DNA of 56,799 nt, from contig JAGGYF010000027.1 in assembly GCA_021162685.1 (NCBI GenBank), positions 1 through 56,799 on the forward strand, in the 5' to 3' direction. Positions 44,075 through 55,503 of this stretch are shown here, one piece after another. How positions within the stretch are numbered: the first letter of the stretch is position 1; every line of letters begins with the position of its first letter. Made by a program: the position numbers and the translations under genes. Origin of the DNA: Candidatus Iainarchaeum sp. Its GTDB lineage: Archaea > B1Sed10-29 > WALL01. The notes below the pieces were generated by a model. It was not told the DNA's origin. It saw only the letters and a list, made by a program, of their open reading frames with translations, and ran no database searches.

Positions 44075-44902
44075 ATGGAAGAACAAAAAGAGAGGGTAAC
44101 AATCACCTTGCCGACATCTTTATTGAATACAGTAGATAGTCTAGTAGACGGGAAGGAGATAAGAAACAGGAGCCACGCAATTGAGAGCCTAATATTGAAG
44201 GCACTGCGTGCAACACCCGTGGACACAGCTTTTATCCTGGCAGGAGGTGTCAGCCCAAAAGACCCCTATGGGGCAAGGCCCCCCCAAGCAATGATAAAGG
44301 TAAAAGGAAAGCCTGTGGTAGAATACACCCTAAATTGGCTAAAGGACCATGGCATAACGCATGTTATATTCGGAGTAGGAGCAAAAAATACATCTCTCCA
44401 GGAATATTTTGGAGACGGAACTAATATTGGCCTATCAATAGAATATTCACTTGAAAAAAAACCACTGGGCACTGCGGGCTGTCTCTCACCAGTAAAGGAC
44501 AAACTTACAAAAACATTTGTTGTGGTATATGGAGACATACTAACAAGATTTAATCTAACAGATATGATAAAATTTCACAAGAAGAGAAATGCAAGCATAA
44601 CCATTGCTCTAAAAAGTGTAGAAGACCCCTCCTATTACGGCGTTGCAGAACTTGAGGGATATAACATTGTTGGGTTTGTTGAAAAACCAAAACAGGACGA
44701 GGTAAAAACACACATGATAAATGCAGGAGTGTATGTCATAGAACCACACGTCCTTGAAGATGTTAGTCCACCATGTTCAATGGAATTAGAACTTATTCCA
44801 AAACTTATAGAACAAAGAAAGGTTGCAGGGTATCCTATATCTGGCCCATGGATAGATATAGGAAAACCCGGAGCAGTAGAAATAGCAGAGAAGATAGTGT
44901 GA
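44075..44902 (+). CDS. Ribbon-helix-helix (CopG/NikR-like) domain fused to a sugar-phosphate nucleotidyltransferase (275 aa)
   Basis: The N-terminus ERVTITLPTSLLNTVDSLVDGKEIRNRSHAIESLILKAL is RHH-like. It is followed by ILAGG...KVKGKPVVEY...YGDILT, an NTP-transferase fold. The track start at 43904 adds an F/Y/L-rich 57 aa across the promoter. Confidence 0.8.
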   Translation: MEEQKERVTITLPTSLLNTVDSLVDGKEIRNRSHAIESLILKALRATPVDTAFILAGGVSPKDPYGARPPQAMIKVKGKPVVEYTLNWLKDHGITHVIFGVGAKNTSLQEYFGDGTNIGLSIEYSLEKKPLGTAGCLSPVKDKLTKTFVVVYGDILTRFNLTDMIKFHKKRNASITIALKSVEDPSYYGVAELEGYNIVGFVEKPKQDEVKTHMINAGVYVIEPHVLEDVSPPCSMELELIPKLIEQRKVAGYPISGPWIDIGKPGAVEIAEKIV

Positions 44903-44910
44903 GGGATAAC

Positions 44911-46020
44911 ATGAATATATGCATGGTAAATCCGTTCTTCATTCCGTACATGGGAGGTACAGAAAAGCACGTGTATGAAGTATCAAAGAGACTTGCAAGG
45001 AAACATAATGTCACTGTTTTAACGTCAAGATTGCCAAAAACAAAAAAAGAAGAGGAAATAGATGGCATCCATATAATAAGAACCCGTTCCCTCATCCTAA
45101 AAAAACTACCACACCCTCTCCCTCCACCAATGCCTGTTGCTCCACAGATGTTTCTCAAAATAAAAGAACAAGCAGCATTGAATGATGTTGTGCATTTTCA
45201 TAACAGATTTACGTATTCCCCTATGGATTTTAAGGTAGTAAAAAAGGAGGGCAGCAACTTATGCATGACCCTACATAATTCACGACCAAAGGGTATAGAT
45301 AAAGCAACTGATTACTGGGGAGGACTTTATGATGACGTTATAGGAAAACGCATGTTTTCTCAAGCAGATAGAATCGCTGCTGTCTCAAGGGCGACACTTG
45401 AGGAAACACTGCCAAAGCGCTTTTGGAGAAAGGCACAGATAATCTATAACGGTGTAAATCTAGAACACTACAATCCAGACATAGACGCTTCATCTGTAAT
45501 AAACAAGTACGGCGATTACATCTTTTGTAATTCCCGTTTGGTGAAACAAAAGGGACTTGAATACCTCATGCGAGCAATGGATGACATCCAACAAAATTTG
45601 GTCCTTTTAGGTAGGGGACCATTGGAGAAAAAACTCAAAAAGATGGCACCAGATAATGTTATATTCCTAACAGAGAAAGTGTCAGAGCAAAAACTTGTTG
45701 AGCTATATGCGGGCTGCCAACTTTTTGTTCTGCCATCCCTCTACGAACCATTCGGAATGGTTTTTGTTGAGGCTATGGCAATGGAGAAGCCAGTTATTGG
45801 GACATCAGTTGGCGGAATCCCAGAAATCATCACAGAAGACTGCGGCATCGTAATAGAACCAAGGTCTTCATCTGCTATTGTTCGTGCAGTAAACACTATC
45901 CTTGAGGATCCAAAAAGAGCGAGAAAAATGGGAAAAGCAGGGAGAAAGAGGGTCAAGAAGTATTTCACGTGGGACCACACAGCAGAAGCATATGAGAAAT
46001 TTTATAAGTATCTAACATGA
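44911..46020 (+). CDS. Family 4 (GT-B) glycosyltransferase
   Basis: EPFGMVFVEAMAMEKPVIGTSVGGIPEII (E-x7-E). The ATG at 44911 gives MNICMVNPFFIPYMGGTEKHV. Confidence 0.85.
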   Translation: MNICMVNPFFIPYMGGTEKHVYEVSKRLARKHNVTVLTSRLPKTKKEEEIDGIHIIRTRSLILKKLPHPLPPPMPVAPQMFLKIKEQAALNDVVHFHNRFTYSPMDFKVVKKEGSNLCMTLHNSRPKGIDKATDYWGGLYDDVIGKRMFSQADRIAAVSRATLEETLPKRFWRKAQIIYNGVNLEHYNPDIDASSVINKYGDYIFCNSRLVKQKGLEYLMRAMDDIQQNLVLLGRGPLEKKLKKMAPDNVIFLTEKVSEQKLVELYAGCQLFVLPSLYEPFGMVFVEAMAMEKPVIGTSVGGIPEIITEDCGIVIEPRSSSAIVRAVNTILEDPKRARKMGKAGRKRVKKYFTWDHTAEAYEKFYKYLT

Positions 46021-46044
46021 TAACAAAACATTCCTTCCCTTTGA

Positions 46045-47880
<1,836 letters not shown>

Positions 47881-47903
<23 letters not shown>

Positions 47904-49110
47904 AGGGCGTATTCAATACGTATCAAAATTTATGCCAGTACTCTCTTCCATAAAAAAAGAGTACAGCAAAAGAAAGCCGTTCAAAGGCATACGTATCGCA
48001 ATGGCGCTTCATGTGGAACCAAAAACAGCATTTCTCGTGCGAACATTAGAAGCAGGTGGGGCAAAGGTTGCGATTACTGGATGCAACCCACTTTCAACTC
48101 AAGACGATGTTGTTTCTGCTCTGAAAGCAAGCGGAACAAAGGTCTATGCAAAATATAACCAGACAGATAAGGGATACTACAACTCATTACACAAAATACT
48201 TGATATAAAACCAGATGTTGTGATAGATGATGGATCTGATCTTATATCCCTCATCCACAAAGAGCGTGAGGAACTCATTCCAAATATAAGAGGAGGATGT
48301 GAGGAAACAACAACTGGCATAACGCGTTTGAAGGCCATGCTAAAGGAAAAGAAACTGAGGTTTCCTGTCATAGACGTGAATGATGCGAACACAAAGCACC
48401 TTTTTGATAATTATTACGGAACGGGTGAATCCACACTCACAGCAATCCTGTCGACAACAAACGCCATGATCTCTGGAAAGAATGTAGTTGTTGCAGGATA
48501 TGGTTACTGCGGTTCTGGAATTGCAGCAAAGGCGAAAGGCCTTGGTGCCAATGTAATCATAACAGAGGTAGATCCGGTCAAAGCATTAAGGGCAAAGATG
48601 GATGGCTTTACAGTAATGCCTATGAAGGAAGCAGCAAAAATTGCGGACTTTATCATTACAGCAACAGGTATGCGTGACATTGTGACAAAGGAGCATTTCA
48701 GAGTAATGAAAGACAAATGCTTCTTAGCAAATGCCGGGCACTTCAATGTTGAGATCAATGTAGAACAATTGGAAGAGATCAGTAAATCCGTAGAACAGAT
48801 CACACCGGATATAAAACAGTACAATTTAGGAAATAAAATATTGTTTTTACTTGCAGATGGTAGACTTGTCAATCTTGCATCTACAAAAGGATTGGGACAC
48901 CCAATGGAAGTTATGGACATGAGTTTCTCCTTACAAGCCCTATGTGCAAAGTACGTTTTAGAAAACAAACTTCCTATCGATATCATTCCAGTACCACAAC
49001 AAATAGATAACAAGGTCGCAAAGCTAAAACTGAGGGCAATGCACATACGAATAGATAATCTCTCAAAGCAGCAGAAGGCATATAAGCAAGCGTGGGACAT
49101 TGGGACCTAG
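47881..49110 (+). CDS. ahcY: Adenosylhomocysteinase family (S-adenosyl- or S-inosyl-homocysteine hydrolase), short archaeal type (409 aa)
   Basis: GCNPLSTQDDV, EETTTG and the NAD fold GYGYCGSGIA. Confidence 0.9.
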
Positions 49111-50346
49111 CTAACCAAGCTTTTCTGCCTCTTTTTCTGCCCTTTCTTTTATTCTTTCTTCCCCTCTCACCCTCCTATTTCTCATAATTATCTTTCCATC
49201 TATAATAACATCTGAGACACAAGAACCATCAGCAGAGTAGACAATATTAGCCATTAAGTCGTGCGTTGGTGTCATCTGCGGCATTTTTAAATCTATTGTT
49301 ATAAGATCTGCAATCATTCCCTCTTTTATCTTTCCAGCATTATACCCCAATGCCTTTGCCCCATTAACTGTTGCCATCCCAAACACTTCTTTTGTGGGCA
49401 TGGTCATCGCATCTCTATTCCAAACCTTCTGTAATAATGCTGCTGCTTTCATCTCCCTAAACATATCCAAACAGTTGTTACTTGCAGTGCCATCTGTTCC
49501 CAGTGCAATCAAAACCCCTGCTTTACGAAGTTTTTTGTATGGCAGAACACCAGAGGCAAGTTTCATATTTGAGACAGGGCAATGCGAAACTTTCACCCTT
49601 CTTTTTGCTAGTATTTTTATATCCTTTGGAGTCAACCAACAACAATGCGCAGCAATAACATCCTTTCCCAAAAACCCTATTGAATCCAAATATTGAACAG
49701 GCGTTTTTTTGTGCATCTTCAAACAATCCCTGTTCTCTTTTTCTGTTTCACTTATATGTACATGCCCTAAAACCTTCTTCTTGTTCATCATCTCTCTTGT
49801 CCATAAAAACAACTCTTCAGAAACAGTATATACAGCATGCGGCGCAAGAACAGGTTTAACCAACGCTCTCTTCTTTGGCCTCACCTCTTTCAGAAATCTC
49901 TTGGCCCCTTTCTTTTCCTTTTCTGTTTTTTCTGGGCCTTGTATATCTATCATAGCATATGAAACAAATGCTCTCATCCCCATCTCTCTTGCTGCTTTTG
50001 CAGCCATCTCAGGAAAGAAATACATATCATTGAAACATGTTGTCCCAGATTTAATCATCTCAAGAATCGCAAGCTTTGTCCCCCAATACACTGCTTTTTT
50101 TGTGAGCTTTGCTTCAGCAGGCCATATCTTCTTTGTTAGCCAATCATGCAAAGGTAAACCTTCACCATATCCCCTTAACAATGTCATCGCAGCATGCGTG
50201 TGTGTATTAACAAAACCAGGTAATAACGCCTTTCCTTTTGCGTTTATCACAACATCAGCATTCTTTTTTTTACCTATGCTCTGTATCTTATTCCCGCTGA
50301 TATAAACATAATCTACATTATACGCATTCTTTATGAGTATACTCAT
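49111..50346 (-). CDS. Amidohydrolase, MtaD/DadD-like MTA/SAH/5'-deoxyadenosine deaminase
   Basis: Metal motif VNTHTHAAMTLLRG, plus HISET and GTDGTASN. Confidence 0.85.
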   Translation of the reverse strand: MSILIKNAYNVDYVYISGNKIQSIGKKKNADVVINAKGKALLPGFVNTHTHAAMTLLRGYGEGLPLHDWLTKKIWPAEAKLTKKAVYWGTKLAILEMIKSGTTCFNDMYFFPEMAAKAAREMGMRAFVSYAMIDIQGPEKTEKEKKGAKRFLKEVRPKKRALVKPVLAPHAVYTVSEELFLWTREMMNKKKVLGHVHISETEKENRDCLKMHKKTPVQYLDSIGFLGKDVIAAHCCWLTPKDIKILAKRRVKVSHCPVSNMKLASGVLPYKKLRKAGVLIALGTDGTASNNCLDMFREMKAAALLQKVWNRDAMTMPTKEVFGMATVNGAKALGYNAGKIKEGMIADLITIDLKMPQMTPTHDLMANIVYSADGSCVSDVIIDGKIIMRNRRVRGEERIKERAEKEAEKLG

Positions 50347-51017
50347 CTGATCAACTCCGAAGCAATCCTTTCATTTCTTTCCAAATTTTTCCTTACGGTT
50401 TCCATCATCTTTTCATAGGTTGGTGTACCAGAGATTCCGTTAGCATAGTTGTCAACAGTACAGACCATTGCATAAGGTATCCCTAGTTCTTTTGCCAGTG
50501 TTGCTTCAGATGCAGATGTTTGTCCAACCAAATCCGCAATTTTAGCTATTGCTCTGATTTCTGCCTTTGTCTCATACCTCGGGCCCTTGAACTGGAAATA
50601 CACACCTTTTGTCAGCGGCTTTATCCCTATTCCTCTAATCTTTTTTATTACAATCTTTCTCAATTTTTCATCAAGGCCAGGAGTGATATGCTTTATCTCC
50701 CTATCAAAAAAGGTAACTGGATTAAAATTTATGTAATCATGTGGAACAACTATGCTTCCTGGCTTTATCCCCTTTTTCAGGCTCCCCGTAGATGAAATAG
50801 AAATGATATACTCTACACCACTCCTCTTCATCGCCATTATATTCGCCCTATGGTTTATCATGTGCGGGGGCCTATTCCCAAAATGCCTATTCAAAACAAA
50901 TGCATTATCCACCACAAAGCCTTCAATCGTTCCATATCTCGTTTTCACTGTTTTTTTCTTCCCTTTGCTAAATATGTCAGACCCAAACAGAGCAGTGCCA
51001 ACGATCAAACCAATCAT
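50343..51017 (-). CDS. MTA/purine nucleoside phosphorylase family (224 aa)
   Basis: PPHMINHRANIMAM and FKGPRYETKAEIR. ATGA overlap with the deaminase gene. Confidence 0.8.
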   Translation of the reverse strand: MIGLIVGTALFGSDIFSKGKKKTVKTRYGTIEGFVVDNAFVLNRHFGNRPPHMINHRANIMAMKRSGVEYIISISSTGSLKKGIKPGSIVVPHDYINFNPVTFFDREIKHITPGLDEKLRKIVIKKIRGIGIKPLTKGVYFQFKGPRYETKAEIRAIAKIADLVGQTSASEATLAKELGIPYAMVCTVDNYANGISGTPTYEKMMETVRKNLERNERIASELIR

Positions 51018-51625
51018 TACAACTCAACCCCCGCTTCTCTCAGTTCTTTCTCCAACTGTTCTGGTGAGATATATTTTATTGTTTTTATCTTGTGCATCTT
51101 CGCAGCAGCAATGTTCTCATCCCTATCATCTATGAATATGACTTCCTCAGGCGAAACCCCTCTCTTCCCAAGCTCTTCCAGTAATGTCATATATATCCCT
51201 CTTTCAGGTTTTCTATATCCTGTCTCAAAGGAGTTTACACTAAAATCAAACAAATCCTTCCATCCATGCTTCTCTGCCCTGTACTCATACCATTCCTTTC
51301 CAGCATTTGACATTGCACCGATAAGGTATTTTCCTTTCAGTTTTTTAGCAATATCCAGTGCTCCATCCTTCTTTGTAAGCAACTCTCTATACTTCTTTTT
51401 CAGAAGATTGATATCTGCTTTCACTCCCAATCTCTCTGTCACTTCTTTCCAGAATTCATCCTCAGTAATGTTCCCCCTCAAATATCTATGCCTCTGACTC
51501 CTTACAACCCTATCCAACTCCTCTTTTTCAACACCAAGTATCTTTGCATATTCATCTAAAAACCGTTCTCCCCATTCATCTGAGTCAATTACTCCACCAA
51601 TATCAAAAACTATTGCCTTAACCAT
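51017..51625 (-). CDS. HAD-superfamily hydrolase (subfamily IA-like)
   Basis: IVFDIGGVI nucleophile motif, AMSNAG and FIDDRDENI. Confidence 0.8.
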   Translation of the reverse strand: MVKAIVFDIGGVIDSDEWGERFLDEYAKILGVEKEELDRVVRSQRHRYLRGNITEDEFWKEVTERLGVKADINLLKKKYRELLTKKDGALDIAKKLKGKYLIGAMSNAGKEWYEYRAEKHGWKDLFDFSVNSFETGYRKPERGIYMTLLEELGKRGVSPEEVIFIDDRDENIAAAKMHKIKTIKYISPEQLEKELREAGVEL

Positions 51626-52292
51626 GTTGTCCCTCCTTTAATCTCCAATATATCTTTGTCCCCCTCACTCTTCTTTTCACCCTTTTCCAATATTCCATAT
51701 CCTCAAGTGCCTCAAGTATTCTTATATCCGGAAACTTGAGATTAAACTTCATCAATGCATCCTGTATCTGCTCTAATGTCCTTTCTTTACCGTCTTTCAA
51801 TATCTCTGTGATAAATGATACCAGGTCTTCATGTACCATCCACGGATATATAATCCACTCCCATTTTTCCAATTCCTCTGCATAATAGTCAGGAACAAAC
51901 TTGCTCCTCTTTTTGTGCTGTAACACCGCAGTTCTTACCTCTTTCGGCTTCAGCGTTTTCAAGTACCCTACTGCAACCTTCAAGCTCTCTCCAGTATCTG
52001 TTAGATCATCTACTAGAAGCACTCTCTTTCCCTTCAAATCAACTCCATCCAGCCCATGCGTCAACTTTGCTTTATTCGTTATCTTTCCAGCTATGCCCCA
52101 ATGTTCCATCCTTATGCTCACAAGGTTATTTATCATCAATCTATCACATATCATACGTGCGGGGATCACTCCTCCTCTTGAAATCCCTACAACAATATCT
52201 GGTTTGTATTTACTTCTCTTTATTTTCGTAGCAACCTTCTTTGCAAGCAATTGCGCTTCTTCCCAACTGACAAGCTCACATCTAGTTTTCAT
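51618..52292 (-). CDS. Purine phosphoribosyltransferase with C-terminal wHTH-like extension (224 aa)
   Basis: PRPP loop VLLVDDLTDTGESL. About 70 aa extend beyond the PRT core. Confidence 0.8.
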   Translation of the reverse strand: MKTRCELVSWEEAQLLAKKVATKIKRSKYKPDIVVGISRGGVIPARMICDRLMINNLVSIRMEHWGIAGKITNKAKLTHGLDGVDLKGKRVLLVDDLTDTGESLKVAVGYLKTLKPKEVRTAVLQHKKRSKFVPDYYAEELEKWEWIIYPWMVHEDLVSFITEILKDGKERTLEQIQDALMKFNLKFPDIRILEALEDMEYWKRVKRRVRGTKIYWRLKEGQHG

Positions 52293-52704
52293 AACTCTTC
52301 CTCCTCACTTTATGAAATAATTCTTCAGCAAAATCTAAATACTTATCCAATTCATCATACTCAAATTCTTTAGAGTACATATATCCTCCTGCATGGAGTT
52401 CATTGGCAATCTTTATATATGTTGAGTAGATATCTTTTGTTATCTCACCCTTTTTCAACAATTCGTCTCTTACAAGAAATTGAAGCGCAAGCCTCCCTCT
52501 AAACTCTTTTTCTCTGCCAGGATACCTAATCCTCTTAACTCCTTTCAGATACAGCAGTGCTTCTAATGTTGTTTCCACTGCCCTAAATATCTCTTCTGCT
52601 GCAGGAAATAACCTGTTTTCCAACAAATTCTGATGCGCAGAGTTTAGGAATTGTTGTGCTTTATTCATACACCACTCAAATAATTCTTTTCGGTTTTTTT
52701 CCAT
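52282..52704 (-). CDS. HEPN-domain protein (toxin partner of the MNT)
   Basis: KAQQFLNSAHQNLLENRLFPAAEEIFRAVETTLEALLYLKG is the HEPN helix pattern. The preferred start at 52704 (MEKNRKEL) overlaps the MNT gene by 29 nt. Confidence 0.7.
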   Translation of the reverse strand: MEKNRKELFEWCMNKAQQFLNSAHQNLLENRLFPAAEEIFRAVETTLEALLYLKGVKRIRYPGREKEFRGRLALQFLVRDELLKKGEITKDIYSTYIKIANELHAGGYMYSKEFEYDELDKYLDFAEELFHKVRRKSYEN

Positions 52705-53284
52705 ACAACACCTCACCCTCAGTATGCACCTCAAGCATAAATGGATCTCCCTCTTTTACTCTTTTTCTGTATTCTTTTTCGCTTAAGATAATCGGATAAC
52801 AATTGACCCCATACTTGTCAAACAGCTTGTATGTAATAAACTCCAATAATTCATCTTTTTTAATATCCTCTCCAACTATCACAATATCTAAATCGCTTGG
52901 TCTTTCTATATAGTCTTGACTAACTTTCTTCCTTCTGACACTTCCGATCAGTATGACACACTTTACCTTATATTTTTTTGATACATGCTTTGCTATCTCA
53001 GAAGCCATATCTCTATATACCTTATCTAAATCTCTAAATAATCTCCTCAATATTCCATAAAGAAAATGTTTCCTATTCAGCGAATAAAGCTTTGTTTTTC
53101 CACTTCGTTGTACCACAACTAATCCAGAGTTTATCAAATCTACGCTTTGCCTATTAAGCTCAGAGAAAGATACCCCAGCCATACTTGCTAATTCTTTCTC
53201 ACTAGTACTCTTCTTGTCATTTGTGAACAATGCTGCCAGTACATTAATCTTTGTTTTTGTCCCCAATATCCTGTCAAGATACAT
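52676..53284 (-). CDS. wHTH-fused minimal nucleotidyltransferase (MNT, antitoxin-type)
   Basis: The N-terminal wHTH-like region is KINVLAALF...EKELASMAGVSFSELNRQSVDLINSGLVVVQRSGKTKLY. It is followed by the NTase motif LIGSVRRKK...SDLDIVIV. Confidence 0.75.
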   Translation of the reverse strand: MYLDRILGTKTKINVLAALFTNDKKSTSEKELASMAGVSFSELNRQSVDLINSGLVVVQRSGKTKLYSLNRKHFLYGILRRLFRDLDKVYRDMASEIAKHVSKKYKVKCVILIGSVRRKKVSQDYIERPSDLDIVIVGEDIKKDELLEFITYKLFDKYGVNCYPIILSEKEYRKRVKEGDPFMLEVHTEGEVLYGKKPKRII

Positions 53285-53292
53285 AAAATCAC

Positions 53293-53328
53293 TTTTCGCT
53301 TTTCCGAAAATATTTTCGCTTTTCCGAA
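53293..53328 (-). promoter_or_regulatory. Two perfect 16-bp direct repeats (20-bp period) immediately upstream of the wHTH-MNT gene
   Basis: On the plus strand ttttcgcttttccgaa occurs at 53293-53308 and 53313-53328 (minus strand TTCGGAAAAGCGAAAA x2). The proximal copy ends 8 nt before the MNT ATG. Confidence 0.45.
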
Positions 53329-53329
53329 T

Positions 53330-54157
53330 TTAAATGTTTTGCATCCTATATGCCTTTAATGTATTCTTCATCAGCATAGCAACAGTCATTGGTCCAACGC
53401 CACCAGGTACAGGTGTTATTGCCTTCACCTTTTCTTTTACTGCATCAAAGTCTACATCCCCAACAAGTTTGCCTTCCACCCTATTTATGCCAACATCAAC
53501 CACTATTGCTCCTTCTCTCACCATGTCTGCCTTCACTATTTTTGGTTTGCCAACAGCCACAACCAAAATATCTGCTCTTCTTGTATGCTCCTCCAAATTA
53601 ACTGTTTTTGAATGACACACTGTGACCGTACAATTCTTTTTCAAGAGCATTATTGCCACAGGCTTTCCAACAATATTACTCCTCCCAACAACAACTGCCT
53701 CTTTTCCTTTTAACTCAAATGGTTCTAACAACTTCATGATCCCTGCTGGAGTACACGGCTCCAAGCAATCCATACCCAAAACAAGTTTTCCCATATTTAT
53801 TGGGTGAAAACCATCAACATCTTTCTTCGGATCAATTGCCTCTAAAACCCTCTGTTCATCAAGGTGTTCTGGTAGGGGTAGTTGAACCAGTATCCCGTTA
53901 ACTTCCTTATTTCTATTTAATTCATCAATCAATTCCAACAATTCCTCCATAGAAACGCTTTCAGGTAAGTCATGCCTCACAGATTTTATGCCACATTCTT
54001 TGCATGTTTTCTCCTTCATCCTTACATATACCTTTGATGCTGGGTTCTCTCCCACAAGTATAACATCAAGGCGCGGCGTCATGCCTCCTTTCTCTATCTC
54101 CTGTTTAACCTCCTCTCTAACCCTTCTTGCAACCTCTTTACCGTCAATAATCAGCAT
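53330..54157 (-). CDS. folD: Bifunctional methylenetetrahydrofolate dehydrogenase/cyclohydrolase
   Basis: VGENPASKVYVRMK, VGRSNIVGKPVA and PVPGGVGPMT. Confidence 0.9.
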   Translation of the reverse strand: MLIIDGKEVARRVREEVKQEIEKGGMTPRLDVILVGENPASKVYVRMKEKTCKECGIKSVRHDLPESVSMEELLELIDELNRNKEVNGILVQLPLPEHLDEQRVLEAIDPKKDVDGFHPINMGKLVLGMDCLEPCTPAGIMKLLEPFELKGKEAVVVGRSNIVGKPVAIMLLKKNCTVTVCHSKTVNLEEHTRRADILVVAVGKPKIVKADMVREGAIVVDVGINRVEGKLVGDVDFDAVKEKVKAITPVPGGVGPMTVAMLMKNTLKAYRMQNI

Positions 54158-54193
54158 ATCTAACCTTATACCTAAAGCAATTAAAAAACTTCA

Positions 54194-54556
54194 CTATTTC
54201 CAATTCCAGAACCTTCTACGCAATATAACCTCTATCCCCTCACTTTCTACTGAAAAACCAGCACTTTCATACGGCTTTCTTGAAATATCTGTCTGCGAGA
54301 ATTGGCCAGCCAACTTGACGTATGCACTATGCCATCTCCTACCTGCTTCTAATGTCTCATTTTCCCGTTCTAAATCACTTACGACTCTTCTCAGTAGTTC
54401 AGTAGCAACTCCTTTATTTCTGTGTTCCTCAGGAACCCATACATGCACCTCTGCCATCCTTATCTCTCTCCCATCTTTTACCCCCGGCTTTTCTATAATC
54501 CAGGCATACGCACCCGTGTGGTGCTCCCATCTATTTCCTCTGCGTTCTATTGGCAT
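54194..54556 (-). CDS. Short GNAT-like protein (120 aa)
   Basis: VPEEHRNKGVATELLRRV resembles GNAT motif A. It is shorter than a full GNAT fold. Confidence 0.5.
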   Translation of the reverse strand: MPIERRGNRWEHHTGAYAWIIEKPGVKDGREIRMAEVHVWVPEEHRNKGVATELLRRVVSDLERENETLEAGRRWHSAYVKLAGQFSQTDISRKPYESAGFSVESEGIEVILRRRFWNWK

Positions 54557-54984
54557 CTTTTCACCTCATAGTCATATGATAAAAATAATGCAAATTCTTC
54601 CCCGCTATTACTATAATATCTATCATTAAATCCACATACTCTAAATTTATTTTTCAAGTATGCTCCAAGCACTGGACTCATAGATGGTGCTTCTGCCAAT
54701 AGTGACCTATACCCTTTTCCTTTTACATACTCCACTAAGAACCTAATAATTTTTGTGGCATATCCTCTCTTTCTATACTTCGGATGAACAAATACATTCA
54801 CAATCTGCGCTGTATTGTTCCACTCGTGGTATTCTAATCCCGTAAATCCAATAATTCTCCCTTTTTCCTCTACAACAAACATCTCTGCTATGTCACTCCA
54901 GTTTCTTCCCTTTTCGTGAAAATACTTCCTATTAAGTCTATCAATCTCTTTTATACCCTCTTCATTAGCTCTCTTTATCCTCAC
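54547..54984 (-). CDS. GNAT-family N-acetyltransferase
   Basis: VHPKYRKRGYATKIIRFLVEYVK (motif A). Length 145 aa. Confidence 0.8.
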   Translation of the reverse strand: MRIKRANEEGIKEIDRLNRKYFHEKGRNWSDIAEMFVVEEKGRIIGFTGLEYHEWNNTAQIVNVFVHPKYRKRGYATKIIRFLVEYVKGKGYRSLLAEAPSMSPVLGAYLKNKFRVCGFNDRYYSNSGEEFALFLSYDYEVKRCQ

Positions 54985-55098
54985 TTTACCACTCTGCTAA
55001 AATTACAGTGAGATCATTTTTAATTCTAATGTTATTTAGCCTATTCCTTTACCACAAATTTTAAATTAATTCTAGCATAAAGATTATTAGTGATTTTT

Positions 55099-55500
55099 AT
55101 GAAAGACTGGCTCTTCAAACAATACTGGCGCATAAATCAAGCAAGGAACGTAATCTCCCTATTCTTCTGGATAGCAATGTTCGTTGGTATCTGGGTTCCT
55201 CTTATCCAGATAGTAATTCCATTGAATAAGTGGATACTCTCCATAATTGTTGGTTTGCTCTCTATAATCTTTGCCCTCTTCTTAGGTTACATCTGGGATA
55301 CACTAGAACTATGGAAGGCAGATACCCAGCAAGCCATAAAGCGCACTGTTGCATATACAGAACCACTGGAAAAGGAGAGAAGGTATCTCTATCCGTTGCT
55401 TATAGAAACAGCAAAAGCAGTTGCAAAACTAACGAAAGACAAAAGGCTTAAAAAGAAGATTGAAGAGGTTGAGGAGTGGATTGCCAAACAGAAATATTGA
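55099..55500 (+). CDS. Small membrane protein (133 aa), unknown function
   Basis: Two TM helices followed by a charged helical tail. The ATG at 55099 is in frame with the track GTG at 55090. Confidence 0.5.
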   Translation: MKDWLFKQYWRINQARNVISLFFWIAMFVGIWVPLIQIVIPLNKWILSIIVGLLSIIFALFLGYIWDTLELWKADTQQAIKRTVAYTEPLEKERRYLYPLLIETAKAVAKLTKDKRLKKKIEEVEEWIAKQKY

Positions 55501-55503
55501 CTG

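Noticed and set aside
48504-49100. 198-aa minus-strand ORF inside ahcY, together with 49709-50305, 50850-51497 and 53988-54629 inside the deaminase, MTAP/HAD and folD regions
   Set aside because: The opposite-strand genes carry unambiguous catalytic motifs. These ORFs are Ser/Phe/Cys/Ile-rich with no recognisable features.
53293-53328. Mini CRISPR-like array
   Set aside because: There are only two 16-bp copies separated by 4 nt, and no cas genes. The position directly upstream of a wHTH gene fits an operator much better.
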